This document shows, piece after piece, positions 14,351-31,527 of a DNA stretch of 64,000 nt. The notes under the pieces are model-generated. The model worked only from the letters and a program-made list of their open reading frames with translations. It had not been told where the DNA came from and searched no databases. Source of the DNA: the human T2T-CHM13v2.0 reference genome, Homo sapiens. Position 1 is the first letter of the stretch; every line of letters starts with the position of its first letter. Made by a program: the position numbers and the translations under genes. The stretch lies in assembly GCF_009914755.1 (NCBI RefSeq), contig NC_060930.1; one strand, written 5' to 3'.

Positions 14351-14931
14351 TGCCCAGGCTGCTTAGGTAAACAAAGCAGCCGGGAAGCTCAAACTGGGTG
14401 GAGCCCACCACAGCTCAAGGAGGCCTGCCTGCCTCTGTAGGCTCCACCTCTGGGGGCAGGGCACAGACAAACAAAAAGACAGCAGTAACCTCTGCAGACT
14501 TAAATGTCCCTGTCTGACAGCTTTGAAGAGAGCAGTGGTTTTCCCAGGACGCAGCTGGAGATCTGAGAACGGGCAGACTGCCTCCTCAAGTGGGTCCCTG
14601 ACCCCTGACCACCAAGCAGCCTAAATGGAGGCACCCCCCAGTAGGGGCAGACTGACACCTCACACGGCCAGGTGCTACTCTGAGACAAAACTTCCAGAGG
14701 AACAATCAGGCAGCAGCATTCGTGGTTCACGAAAATCCACTGTTCTGCAGCCACCGCTGCTGGTACCCAGGCAAACAGGGTCTGGAGTGGACCTCTGGCA
14801 AACTCCAACAGACCTGCAGCTGAGGGTCCTGTCTGTTAGAAGGAAAACTAACAAACAGAAAGGACATCCACACCAAAAACCCATCTGTTCATCACCATGA
14901 TCAAACACCAAAAGTAGATAAAACCACAAAG
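13905..14931 (+). promoter_or_regulatory. L1 5' UTR: internal sense promoter (YY1 site caagatggcc 13909-13918) and antisense promoter region
   Basis: Colinear with the primate L1 5' UTR; many CpGs retained. Activity is not demonstrated by sequence alone. Confidence 0.7.
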
Positions 14932-15947
14932 ATGGGGAAAAAACAGAGCAGAAAAACTGGAAACTCTAAAAAGCAGAGCGCCTCTCCTCCTCCAAAGGAA
15001 CGCAGCTCCTCACCAGCAACGGAACAAAGCTGGATGGAGAATGACTTTGACGAGTTGAGAGAAGAAGGCTTCAGACGATCAAACTACTCCAAGCTAGAGG
15101 AGGAAATTCAAACCAAAGGCAAAGAAGTTAAAAACTTTGAAAAAATTTAGACAAATGTATAACTAGAATAACCAATACAGAGAAGTGCTTAAAGGAGCTG
15201 ATGGAGCTGAAAACCAAGGCTCGAGAACTACATGAAGAATGCAGAAGCCTCAGGAGCCGATGTGATCAACTGGAAGAAAAGGTATCAGTGATGGAAGATG
15301 AAATGAATGAAATGAAGTGAGACGGGAAGTTTAGAGAAAAAAGAATAAAAAGAAACGAACGAAGCCTCCAAGAAATATGGGACTATGTGAAAAGACCAAA
15401 TCTACGTCTGATTGGTGTACCTGAAAGTGATGGGGAGAACGGAACCAAGTTGGAAAACACTCTGCAGGATATTATCCAGGAGAACTTCCCCAATCTAGCA
15501 AGGCAGGCCAACATTCAGATTCAGTAAATACAGAGAACGCCACAAAGATACTCCTCAAGAAGAGCAACTCCAAGACAAATAATTGTCAGATTCACCAAGG
15601 TTGAAATGAAGGAAAAAATGTTAAGGGCAGCCAGAGAGAAAGGTCGGGTTACCCACAAAGGGAAGCCCATCAGACTAACAGCAGATCTCTTGGCAGAAAC
15701 TCTACAAGCCGGAAGAGAGTGGGGGCCAATATTCAACATTCTGAAAGGAAAGAATTTTCAACCCAGAATTTCATATCCAGCCAAACTAAGCTTCATAAGT
15801 GAAGGAGAAATAAAACCCTTTACAGACAAGCAAATGCTGAGAGATTTTGTCACCACCAGGCCTGCCCTAAAAGAGCTCCTGAAGGAAGCACTAAACATGG
15901 AAAGGAACAACCGGTACCAGCCACTGCAAAATCAAGCCAAATTGTAA
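14932..15947 (+). pseudogene. Disabled L1 ORF1p of the inner element
   Basis: MGKKQSRKTGNSKKQSASPPPKERSSSP... frameshifts near 15146 and carries later stops; C-terminus ...NRYQPLQNQAKL* ends at 15947. Confidence 0.9.
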
Positions 15948-16010
15948 AGACCATTGAGGCTAGGAAGAAACTGCATCAACTAACGAGCAAAATAACCAGC
16001 TAACATCATA

Positions 16011-19829
<3,819 letters not shown>

Positions 19830-20563
19830 ACAATGAGAACACATGGACACCGGAACGGGAACATCACACTCTGGAGATTGTTGTGGGGTGGGGGGAGGGG
19901 GGAGGGATAGCATTAGGAGATATACCTAATGCTAAATGACGAGTTAACGGGTGCAGCACACCAGCATGGCACATGTATACATATGTAACTAACCTGCACA
20001 TTGTGCACATGTACCCTAAAACATAAAGTATAACAATAATAAAATAAAATGTAGCACATACACACCATGGACTACTATGCAGCCATAAAAAATGATGAGT
20101 TCATGTCCTTTGCAGGGACGAAGCTGAAAACCATCATTCTCAGCAAAATATCACAAGGAAAGAAAACCAAACACTGCATGTTCTCACTCATAAGTGGGAG
20201 TTGAACAATGAGAACAGATGGAAATAGGGAGGGGAAAATCATACACCAGGGCCTGTTAGGGGCTGGGGGGTTGGGGGAGGGATAGTGTTAGGAGAAATAC
20301 CTAATGTAAGTGACAAGTTGATGGGTGCACCAAATCAACATGGCACATGTATAACTATGTAACAAACCTGCATGTTGTGCACATGTACCCTAGAACTTAA
20401 AGTATAATAATAATTACAAAAAAAGAAGAAAAGAGAGAAGAATCCTAGACACACAATAAAAAATGATAAAGGGGATATCACCACTGATACCACAGAAATA
20501 CAAACTACCATCAGAGAATGTTATAAACACTTCTATGCAAATAAACTAGAATATGTAGAATAA

Positions 20564-20755
<192 letters not shown>

Positions 20756-23447
20756 TGAAACAGTAGAAAAAGAGGGACTCCTCCCTAACTCATTGTATGA
20801 GTCCAGCATCAGCCTGACACCAAAGCCTGGCAGAGACACAACAAAAAAAGAAAATTTCAGGCCAATATCCCTATGAATATCAATGCAAAAATCCTCAATA
20901 AAGTACTGTCAAACCGAATCCAGCAGCACATCAAAAAGCTTATCCACCACAATCAAGTTGTCTTCATCCCTGGGATGCAAGGTTGGTTCAACATACACAA
21001 ATCAATAAACGTAATCCATCACATAAACAGAACCAATGACAAAAACCACATGATTATCTCAATAGATGCAGAAAAGGCCTTTGATAAAATTTAACACCCC
21101 TTCATCCTAAAAACTCTCAATAAACTAGGTATTGATGGAATGTATCTCAAAATACTAAGAGTTAGTTATGACAAACCCACAGCCAATATCATACTGAATG
21201 GGCAAAAGCTGGAAGCATTCCCCTTGAAAATCAGGACAAGACAAGGATGTCCTCTCTCACCACTCCTATTCAACAAAATATTGGAAGTTCTGGCCAGGGC
21301 AATCAGGCAAGAGAAAGAAATAAAGGTTATTCAAATAGGAAGAGAGGAAGTCAAATTGTCTGTTTGTACAGGACAGGATTGTACATTTAGAAAACCCCAT
21401 CGTCTCAGCCAAAAATCTCCTTAAGCTGATATGCAACTTCAGCAAAATCTCAGGATACAAAACCAATGTGCAAAAATCACAAGCATTCCTATACACCAAT
21501 CATAGACAAACAGAGAGCCAAATCATGAGTGAACTCCCTTTCACAATTATTACAAAGTGAATAAAATACCTATGAATACAACTTACAAGGGATGCGAAGG
21601 ACCTCTTCAAGGTGAACTACAAATGACTACTGACGGAAATAAGAGAGGACACAAACAAATGGAAAAACTTTCCATGCTCATGGATAGGAAGAATCAATGT
21701 CATGAAAATGGCCATAATGCCCAAAGTAATTTATAGATTCAATGCTATCCCCATCCAGCTACCATTGACTTTCTTCACAGAAGTGGAAAAAACTACTTTA
21801 AATTTCATGTGGAACCAAAAAAGAGCCCGCATAACCAAGACAATCCTAAGCAAAAAGAACCAAGCTGGAGGCATCACGCTACCTAACTTCAAACTATACT
21901 ACAAGACCACAGTAACCAAAATAGCATGGTACTGGTACCAAAACAGATATATAGACCAAAGGAAAAGAGGCCTCAGAAATAACACCACACATCTACAACC
22001 ATACAATCTTTGACACATCTGACAAAAACAAGAAATGGGGAAAGGATTCCCTATTTAATAAATGGTGTTGGGAAATCTGGCTAGCCATATGCAGAAAACT
22101 GAAACTGGACCCCTCCTTACATCATACACAAAAATTAACTCAAGATGGATTAAAGATTTAAACATGAGACCTAAAACCATAAAAATCCTAGAGGAAAACC
22201 TAGGCAATACCATTCAGGACATAGGCATGGGCAAAGACTTCATGACTAAAACACCAAAAGCAATGGCAACAAAAGTGAAAATTGACAAATGGGATCTATT
22301 TAAAGAGCTTCTGCACAGCAAAACAAATTGTCATCAGAGTGAACAGGCAACCTACAGAATGGGAGAAAATTTTTGCAATCTATCCATCTGACAAAGGGCT
22401 AATATCCAGAATCTACAAAGAACTTACACAAATTTATAAGAAAAAAAAACCATCAAAAAGTGGGCAAAGGAGATAAACAGACACTTCTCAAAAGAAGACA
22501 TTTACGTGGCCAACAAACATATGAAAAAAAGCTCATCACTGGTATTAGAGTAATGCAAATCAAAACCACAATGAGATACCATCTCATGCCAGCTAAAATG
22601 GAGATCATTAAAAAGTCAGGAAACAACAGATGCTCGAGAGGTTGTGGAGAAATAGGAACACTTTTACACTGTTGGAGGGAGCATAAATTAGTCCAACCAT
22701 TGTGGAAGACAGTGTGGCGATTCCTCAAGGATCTAGAACCAGAAATACCATTTGACCCAGCAATCCCATTACTGGGTATACACCCAAAGGATTATAAATC
22801 ATTCTACTATAAAGACACATGCACATGTATGTTTATTGCAGCACTATTCACAATAGCAACGACTTGGAACCAACCCAAATCCCCATCAATAATAGACTGG
22901 ATAAAGAAAATGTGGCGCATTTACACCATGGAAACTATGCAGCCATAAAAAAGATGAGTTCATGTCCTTTGCAGGGACATGGATGAAGCTGGAAACCATC
23001 ATTCTCAGCAAACTAACACAAGAACAGAAAACCAAACACCGCATGTTCCCACTCATACGTGGGATTTGAACAATGAGAACACATGGACATAAGGAGGGGA
23101 ACATCACACGTGGGGGCCTGTCAGGGGTATGGAGCTAGGGGAGGGATAGCATTAGAAAAAATACCTAATGTCGATGACGGGTTGATGGGTGCAGCAAACC
23201 ACCATGGCACGTGTATACCTATGTAACAAACCTGCATGTTCTGCACATGTATCCCAGAACTTAAAGTATAATTTAAAAAAGAAGAAGAAGAAAGAAAGTA
23301 CATGTAAGAAGGCCACTTCCAAAGTGACATGTCACTTCTACTTGGGCCTTCTGGAAACAAGCTCTCCCCACTTCATGTGTCCACTCCATGTATATAGGGG
23401 TCAAACTAATAACATTTATCTTGGGTTTTATATATGGAGAAAGAATC

Positions 23448-23526
23448 AAGTGTGATGTAAACAAAGCATAAGTGTGATGTAAACAAAGCATAAGTAAACA
23501 AATCAAGTGTAATGTAAGAAAAGCAT
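23448..23526. repeat. 22-bp tandem duplication aagtgtgatgtaaacaaagcat x2 plus a degenerate copy
   Basis: Copies at 23448-23469 and 23470-23491; degenerate copy at 23505-23526. Confidence 0.9.
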
Positions 23527-23867
23527 GGACTATAGTTCTGTTCTGTATGTCCTGAGCTATCTACAACCTTAGCTTCCTCATAGGCAAAATAAAGGGGTTG
23601 GTCAATGTCATCTGAAAGGTGCCTCTCAACTCTAACACTCTGTGTGATAAATAGTGAGAACTTCATACAGCACAGGGAGCGAGATATACTGAGGGCTAAA
23701 GGCGTGGCACCTATAGTGACTGGAAGCTAGGAGATGCCCAATATATATTTAGCTGATGGACTAACCTCCTGACTCATGCTGTCTACACTTGCCTCTATTT
23801 GGAGCTGGCTGGGTGCAGTGCCCAGGGGATCAGAGCTTACCTTGTTATGGCAGTGACTGCAACATTT

Positions 23868-23971
23868 AAAGCAGCTTCTCAAATTCAAATATGTACATGC
23901 ATTTCCTGGGGATCTTGTAAAATGGAGATCCTGGTTTAGTAGGTCTGAGTGGGGCCTCAGATTCTGCATTT
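23868..23971. mobile_element. MER5A (hAT-Charlie MITE), left part
   Basis: cctggggatcttgtaaaatggagatcctggtttagtaggtctgagtggggcctcagattctgcattt. Confidence 0.75.
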
Positions 23972-26240
23972 AAGTTTCCTTTTTTATTCATACATAATAA
24001 TTTTACATATCTGTGGGGTATATGTGATATTTTGATACATGCATACAGTGTGTAATGATCAAGTCAAGGTAAGTAGGATATTCATCACCTCAAATGTTTA
24101 TCATTTCTTTGTGTTGGGAACATCCCAAACCTTTTAGCTGTACAATACATTATTGCGAATTATAATCTGTGCTATTACACACCAGAACTTATTCATTCTA
24201 GAATTCTTTTTTGGATTGTTTACTGTTGGCATATATAAATGCTACTGATTTTTGTATGTTGATTTTGTGTTCTGCAACTTTACTTAATTTATCAGTTCTA
24301 ACAGTTTTTTGGTGGATTCTTTAGGTTTCTCTAAATATAAGATCATGTCATCTACAAACAAAGCTAATTTGACTTCTTCCTTTCCAGTTCGGATTCCCTA
24401 TATTTCTTTCTCTTACCCAATTGCTCTAGCCAGGACTTCCAGTATTATATTGAATAAAAGTGGTGGAAGTGGGAATCCTTGTCTTGTTCCAGATCTTAGA
24501 GGAAAGGCCTTCAATTTTTCCCCATTCAGTATGATAACTCTGGGTTTGTCATATATGGTCTTTCTATTTTGAGATATTCTCAAACAAAAGCCAATTTGAT
24601 AAGGGTTTTTATTTTCATAAAGGGATGTTAAATTTTATCAAATGCTTATTTGGCATCTATGGAAATAGTCATATGATTTTGGTTCTCGGTTCTGTTAAGG
24701 TGATGTATCATGTTTATTGTTGTGAAATATTATGTTGAACCATCCTTGCATCCCTGAGATGAATCCCACTGGATCATGGTGAATGATCTTTTCAATATGT
24801 TATTGAATTTGGTTTGCTAGTACTTCATTGAGGCTTTTTGTATCTGCATTTATTATTGATATCAGCCTATTTTTTTTCCATTGTGTCCTTGTCTGGTTTT
24901 GGTATCAGGGTAATACTGGCCTTATAGAATGAGTTTGGAATATTCCTTCCATTGCAATTTTTTTTAAGAGTTGGAGTAGAATTAGTATTAGTTCTTCTTT
25001 AACTATTTGGTGGCATTTAGCAGTGAAGCCATTAGGCCCTGGGCTTTTTGTCGATAGAAGACTTTTCATTAAAGCTTCAATCTCATTACTTGTTATTGGT
25101 TTATTGAGGTTTTCTATTTATTCATAGCTTAATCTTGATCAGTTGTATATATCCAGGATTTGTCTATTTCTTCTAGGTTTCCCAATTTGTTGCCATATAG
25201 TTATTCGTAATAGTCTCCGATGATTTGTTGTATTTCTGTGGTTTCATTTGTTATGTCTCATTTTTTTCTGATGTTATTTATTTGGGTCGTTTCTTTTTCT
25301 TTTTTTTAATCTTTAATTTTTGTGGGTACTTAGTAGGTGTATATATTTATGTGGTACATCAGATATTTTGATACAGGCATGCAATGCATAATAATCCCAT
25401 CATGTAAAAGGTGTATGCATCCCCTCAAGCATTTTTCCTTTGTGTTACAAAAAATCCAACTATACTCTTTATTTTTTAAATGTACAATTAAATTACTATT
25501 GACTATAGACACTCTGTTGTGCTAAATAATAGGTTTTATTCATTCTTTCTAACTATTTGTTTTGTGCCCAGTAACCATCTCCACCTCCCCACCACTCCCC
25601 TACTACCCTTCCCAGCCTCTGGTAACCATTCATCTACTGTCTGTCTCCATGAGTTCAGTTGATTTGATTTTTAGATCCCACAAGAAAAATTAGAACATGC
25701 AATGTCTGTCTTTCTGTGCCTGGCTTATTTTACTTAACATAATGACCTCCAGTTCCATCCATTCTGTTGCAAATGAGAGGAACTCATTCTTGCTTATAGC
25801 TAAATAGTACTCCATTGTGCATAAGTACCACATGTTCTTTATCCACTTACCTGTTGATGGACATTTAAGTTGCTTTCAAATCCTGGTTATCATGAACGGT
25901 GCTGCAACAAACATAGGTGTGCAGATATCTCTTTAATATACTGACTTCCTTTCTTTTGGGTATATACTCAGAAGTGGGATTGCTGGATAATATGGTAGCT
26001 CTATTTTTAGTGTTTTTTGTTTTGTTTTGTTTTTCGAGGGACCTCAAAACTGTTCTCCATGGTGGCTGTAATCATTTACATTCCCAGCAACAGTGTATGA
26101 GGGTTCCCTTTAATCCACATCCTCTCCAGCATTTGTTATTTCCTGTCCTTTGGATAAAAGCCATTTTAATTAGGGTAAGATGATATCTCATAGTTTTCAT
26201 TTGCATTTCTCTGATGAACAATGATGCTGAGCATCTTTTC

Positions 26241-26636
26241 TTTTCCCTTTACTTTTTTTTTTTTTTTTTTTTTGCTTTTCTTTTTCTTTTTCTTTTCCCT
26301 TTCCTTTCTTTTATTTTCTTTTTTTTTTTTTTTTTCTGTGACAACGTCTGGCTCTACGGTCCAGGCTGGAGTGCAGTGGTGCCATCTTGGCTCACTGCAA
26401 CCTTTGCCTCTGCCTCCAGGGCTCAAGCCATCCTCCCACCTTAACCTCCTGAGCAGCTGGGACTAGATGCAGGCATCAAAACGCCTGGCTAATTTTTTTT
26501 TTTTTTTTTTTTTTTTTGTAGAAATAGGGTTTTGCCCTGTTGCCCAGGCTAGTCTTGAAATTGTGAACTCAAACAATCTGCCCACCTCAGCCTCCCAAAG
26601 TGCTGGAATTACAGGCATGAGCCACTGTGCCTGGCC
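26241..26636 (-). mobile_element. AluJ-like with about 95-nt expanded tail
   Basis: Alu consensus; TSD tgagcatcttttc 26228-26240 / tgagcaccttttc 26637-26649. Confidence 0.92.
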
Positions 26637-29569
26637 TGAGCACCTTTTCATATGCTTGCTTGCTTGCCATGTATACGACTTCTTTTCAGAAATGTCTATT
26701 CAAATATTTTGCCCATTTTTAAATCAGATTATTAGACTTGTTCCTATAGAGTTGTTTGAGTTACTTATACACTCTGGTTATTAATCCCTTGTCAGATGGG
26801 TAGTCTGCAAATATTTTCTCCCATTCTGTGGGTTATCTATTCACTTTGTTGCTTGCTTCCTTTGCTGTGTGGAAGCTTTTAACTTGACGTAATCCCATTT
26901 GCTCATTTTGCCTTGGATGCCTGTGTCTGTGGGGTATTACTCAAGAAACTTTTGCCCAGACCAATGTGCTGGAGAGTTTCCCCAATGTTTCCTTGTAGTG
27001 TTTTCATAGTTTGAGTCCTTAGATTTTGATTTGATTTTTGTGTATGGTGAGAGATAGGGGTCAAGTTTCATTCTTCTGCATATAGGTATCCTGTTTTCCC
27101 AGCACCATTTATTGAAAAGACTGTCTTTTCCCCAGTGTATACTCTTGCCAACTTTGTCAAAAATGAGTGGTATGTGAATTTGTTTCTGGGTTCTCTATTC
27201 TGTTCCATTGGCCTATGTGTCTGTTTTTATGACAGTAGCACGCTGCTTTGGTTACTATAGCTCTGTAGTATAATTTGAAATCAGGTAATGTGATCCCTCC
27301 AGTTTAGTTCTTTTTGCTAAGGATATCTTGGGCTATTCTAGGTCTTTTCTGGTTCCATATAAATTTTAGATTTTTTTTCTATTTCTGTGAAGAATGTCAT
27401 TGCTATTTTGATAGGATTACATTGAATCTGTAATTGCTTTGTGTAGCATGGACATTTAAACAATACTGATTCTCCCAATCCATGAACATGGAATGTCTTT
27501 CCATTTTGTGCCCTCTTCAATTTCTTTCATCAGTGTTTTGTAGTTTTCATTGTATGGATCTTTCATTTCTTTCATAAAGTTAATTCCTATTTAATTTTAT
27601 TTGTGGCTACTGTAAATGGAATTTTAAAAAATTTCTTTTTCAGATTGTTCACCATTAGCATATAGAAATGCTACTGATTTTTGTATGTTGATTTTGTATC
27701 CTGAAACTTTACTAAATTTATCAGTCCTAATTTTCTTTTGTGGAGTCTTCAGGTTTTTCCAAATATAAGATCATGTCAGACGAGGATAATTTGTCTTCTT
27801 TATTTCCAGTTTGGTTGTCCTTTATTTCTTTCTCTTATCTGATTGCTCTACCTAGGACTTCCAGTGCTATGCTGAAGAACAGTGGTGAAAATGAGTATCT
27901 TTGTCATGTTCCAGATCTTAGAGGAAAGGCTTTCAATTTTTCCCTATTAAGTATGGCACTAGCTGTGGGTCTTTCATATATGGCTTTCATTATGTCAAGG
28001 TATGTTCCTTCTATATCCAGATTTTTTAGGGTTTTTATTATTAAGAGATGTTGAATTTTATCAAATGTTTTTCCAGCATCAATTGAAATGATCATATGGT
28101 TTTTTGTCCTTCATTCTGCTGATATGTTGTATCACTTGGATTGATTTGCATATGTTGAACCATCCCTGCATCCCTGGTATAAATACTACTTGGTCATGAT
28201 GAACAATTTTTTAATGTTTGTTGAATTAGGTTTGCAGGTAAAATATTTTGTTGAGGATTCCTGCATCAGTATTCATCAGAGATATCATTCTGTAGTTTTC
28301 TTTTTTTGATGTGTCTTTGTCTAGTTTGGGTATCAAGGTCATGCTGATGAATTTGGAAGTATTTCTTCCTCTATTTTTCAGAATAGTTTCAGTAGGATTG
28401 GTATTAGTTCTTTAAATGTTTGGCAGAATTTAGCAGTGAATCCATAGGGTTCCAGGTTTTCCTTTACTGGGAGAATTTTTATTATGGGTTTGATTCTTCA
28501 CTTGTTATTGGTCTATTCAGGTTTTGGATTTCTTCGTGGTTCAATCTTGGTAGGTTGTATGTGTCTAGGAATTTATCCATTTCCTCCAGATTTTCCAATT
28601 TATTGGCATATGGTTTTTCATAGTAGCCACTAAAGATCTTTTGAATTTCTGTGATATCAGCTGTAATGTCTCATTTTTCCTGTCTCATTTTATTCACTTG
28701 GGTCTTCTCCATTTTTTTCTTAGTCTGGCCAAAAGCTTATCAATTTTGTTTCTCTTTTCAAAAACCAACTCTTTGTTTTGTTGATCTTTTTATTTGCTTC
28801 ATTTTGAATTCATTTATTTCTGCCCTAATCTTGATTATTTCTCTGCTTATATTAATTTTGGGTTTGGTTTGCTCTCCCTTTTCTAGATCTTTGAGATGCA
28901 TTGTCAGGTTATTTATTTGAAGTTTTTCTTCTTTTTTGATATAGGCACTTATAGGTATAAATTTCCCTCTTAGTACTGCTTTATCTATATCCCATAGGTT
29001 TTGGTATGTTGTGTTTCCATTATCATTTGCTTCAATAAATTTTTCAATTGTCTTCTAATTCCTTTATTGACCCATTGGTCATTCAGGAGCATATAATTTA
29101 ATTTGCATGTGTTCGTGTAGTTTCCAAAATTCCTCTTGTTGTTGATTTCTAGTTTTATTCCATTGTGTGTGAGAAAAAGAAGATGTTTGATATAATTTCA
29201 ATTTCTAAAAATGTTTTAAGACCTGTTTTGTGACTTAACATATGGTCTATCTTTGCAAATGACCCATGTGCTGAGGGGAAGAATGTGTATTCTGTAACTT
29301 TTGGATGAAACGTTCTGTAAATATCTATGAGATCCATTTGTTGTATAGTGCAGATTAAGTCTAATGCTTCTTTGTTGAGTTTCTGTCTGGGAGATCTGTC
29401 CAATGCTCAAAGTGAGGTGTTGAAGTCTCCAGCTAATGATTTCTATCTCTCTCTTTAGTTGTATTAATATTTGCTTCATATATCTGTGTCATCCTGTGTC
29501 AGATGCATATATATATTTACAATCATTATATCCTGTTGCTGGATTGACTCTTTATCATTAATGACCTTC

Positions 29570-29943
29570 TATATTAGTCTGTTCTCATGCTACTAATAAA
29601 GACATACCCCAGAATGATTAATTGATAAAGGAAAGAGGTCTAATTGTCTCACAGTTCAGCATGGCTGGGGAGCCTCAGGAAACTTACAATCGTGGCAGAA
29701 GGGGAAGCAAACACATCCTTCTTCACGTGGCAGCAGGATGGAGAAGAATGAGAACAAAGCAAAGGGGGAAGCCCCTTATAAAACAATCAGATCTCCTGAA
29801 AACTTACTATCATGAGAATATGATGGGGGAAACTGCCCCCAGGATTCAATTACCTCCCTCTGGGTCTCTCTCACCACATGTGGGAATTATGGGAACTACA
29901 ATTCAACATGAGATTTGGGAGGGAACACAGCCAAACCATATCA
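29570..29943 (-). mobile_element. THE1 (MaLR) solo LTR, THE1C-like
   Basis: tattagtctgttctcatgctactaataaagacatacc...cacagccaaaccatatca; 5-bp TSD ccttc/ccttt. Confidence 0.92.
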
Positions 29944-31202
29944 CCTTTTTTGTCTCTTTTTATAGTTTTTGTCTTGAAATCTATTTTGTCTAATATGAGT
30001 ATAGCTACTCCTGCTCTTTTTTGATTTCTGTTGTCATGGAATATCTTTTTCCATCCCTTTATTTACATAGTTTATATGTAAAGTGTGCTTTTTTCACTTC
30101 AAAGGTTAAGTGTGCTTCTTGTAGGCAACAGATCATTGGGTCTTGTTTTTTCATCTATTCAGCCACTCTATGTCTTTAGATTGTAGAGTTTAATCCATTT
30201 ATACTCAATGATATTCTTGATAAGTAGAAATTTACCCTGCCATTTTGTTATTTGTTTTCTGGTTGTTTTGTGGTCTTCTCTTCCTTATTTCCTTCCTTTC
30301 TGTCTTCCTTTTAGTGAAGGTGATTTTCTCTGTTGGTATGATTTAATTTCTTCCTTTTTATTTTCTTGTGTACCTGTTGTTTGTTTTTTTGATTTGATGT
30401 TACCATGAAACTTGCAAATACTTTCTTATAACCCATTATTTTAAACTGGTGATAACAATGATTGTATAACAAACATGTAAAAAGAAAGAAAACTAATAAA
30501 AACTCTACACTTTAACTTCATCCCCCTGTTTTTTAAGTTTTATTGTATTTGTATCTTATTAAACTATGTTTGAAAAGTTGTAGTAGTTATTATTTTTTAT
30601 TGGTTCATCATTTAGTTTTTGTACTTAAGAGAGAAGAAACTTACACACCATGAAAGCAATGTTATAATATTCTGAGTTATTCTGTGTGCTTACTCTTATC
30701 AGTGAGTTTTCTACTTTCAGATGATTTCTTCTTGTTCATTAATATCCTTTTTTCTTTCAGATTGAAAGACTCCCTTTAGCATTTCTTATAGGGCAGGCTT
30801 GATGTTAGTGAAATCCCTCAGCTTTTGTTTGTCTGGGAAAGTTTTTATTTATCCTTCATGCTTGAAGGATATACACCAGATCTACTATTCTAGGGTCAAA
30901 TATTTTTTTCCTTCAGCAACATTCTACCCTTATGTCTCTCTCTACCTCCTCTTTAAGGCCAATAACTCTTAGATTTGTGTGTTTTCTGAATCTTGTAGGG
31001 ATGCTTCATTATTTTTTATTCTTTTTTCTCTTGTCTTTTCAGTGTGTTTTCAAATATCCTGTTTTTAAGCTCACTAATTCTTTCTCTGCTTGGTCAGTTC
31101 TGCTATTAAGAGACTCTGATGCATTATTCAGTACGTCAATTGCACTTTTCAACTCTAGAATTTCTGCTTGATTCTTTTTAATTATTTCAATCTCTTTGCT
31201 AA

Positions 31203-31527
<325 letters not shown>

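Noticed and set aside
23448-23526. CRISPR-like repeat array
   Set aside because: Adjacent tandem copies without unique spacers, in a mammalian context
26166-26784. Lys-rich and Phe-rich ORFs
   Set aside because: Translations of an Alu and its poly(A/T) tail; the same applies to the other Alu-derived ORFs (355-660, 31196-31504, 42277-42561)
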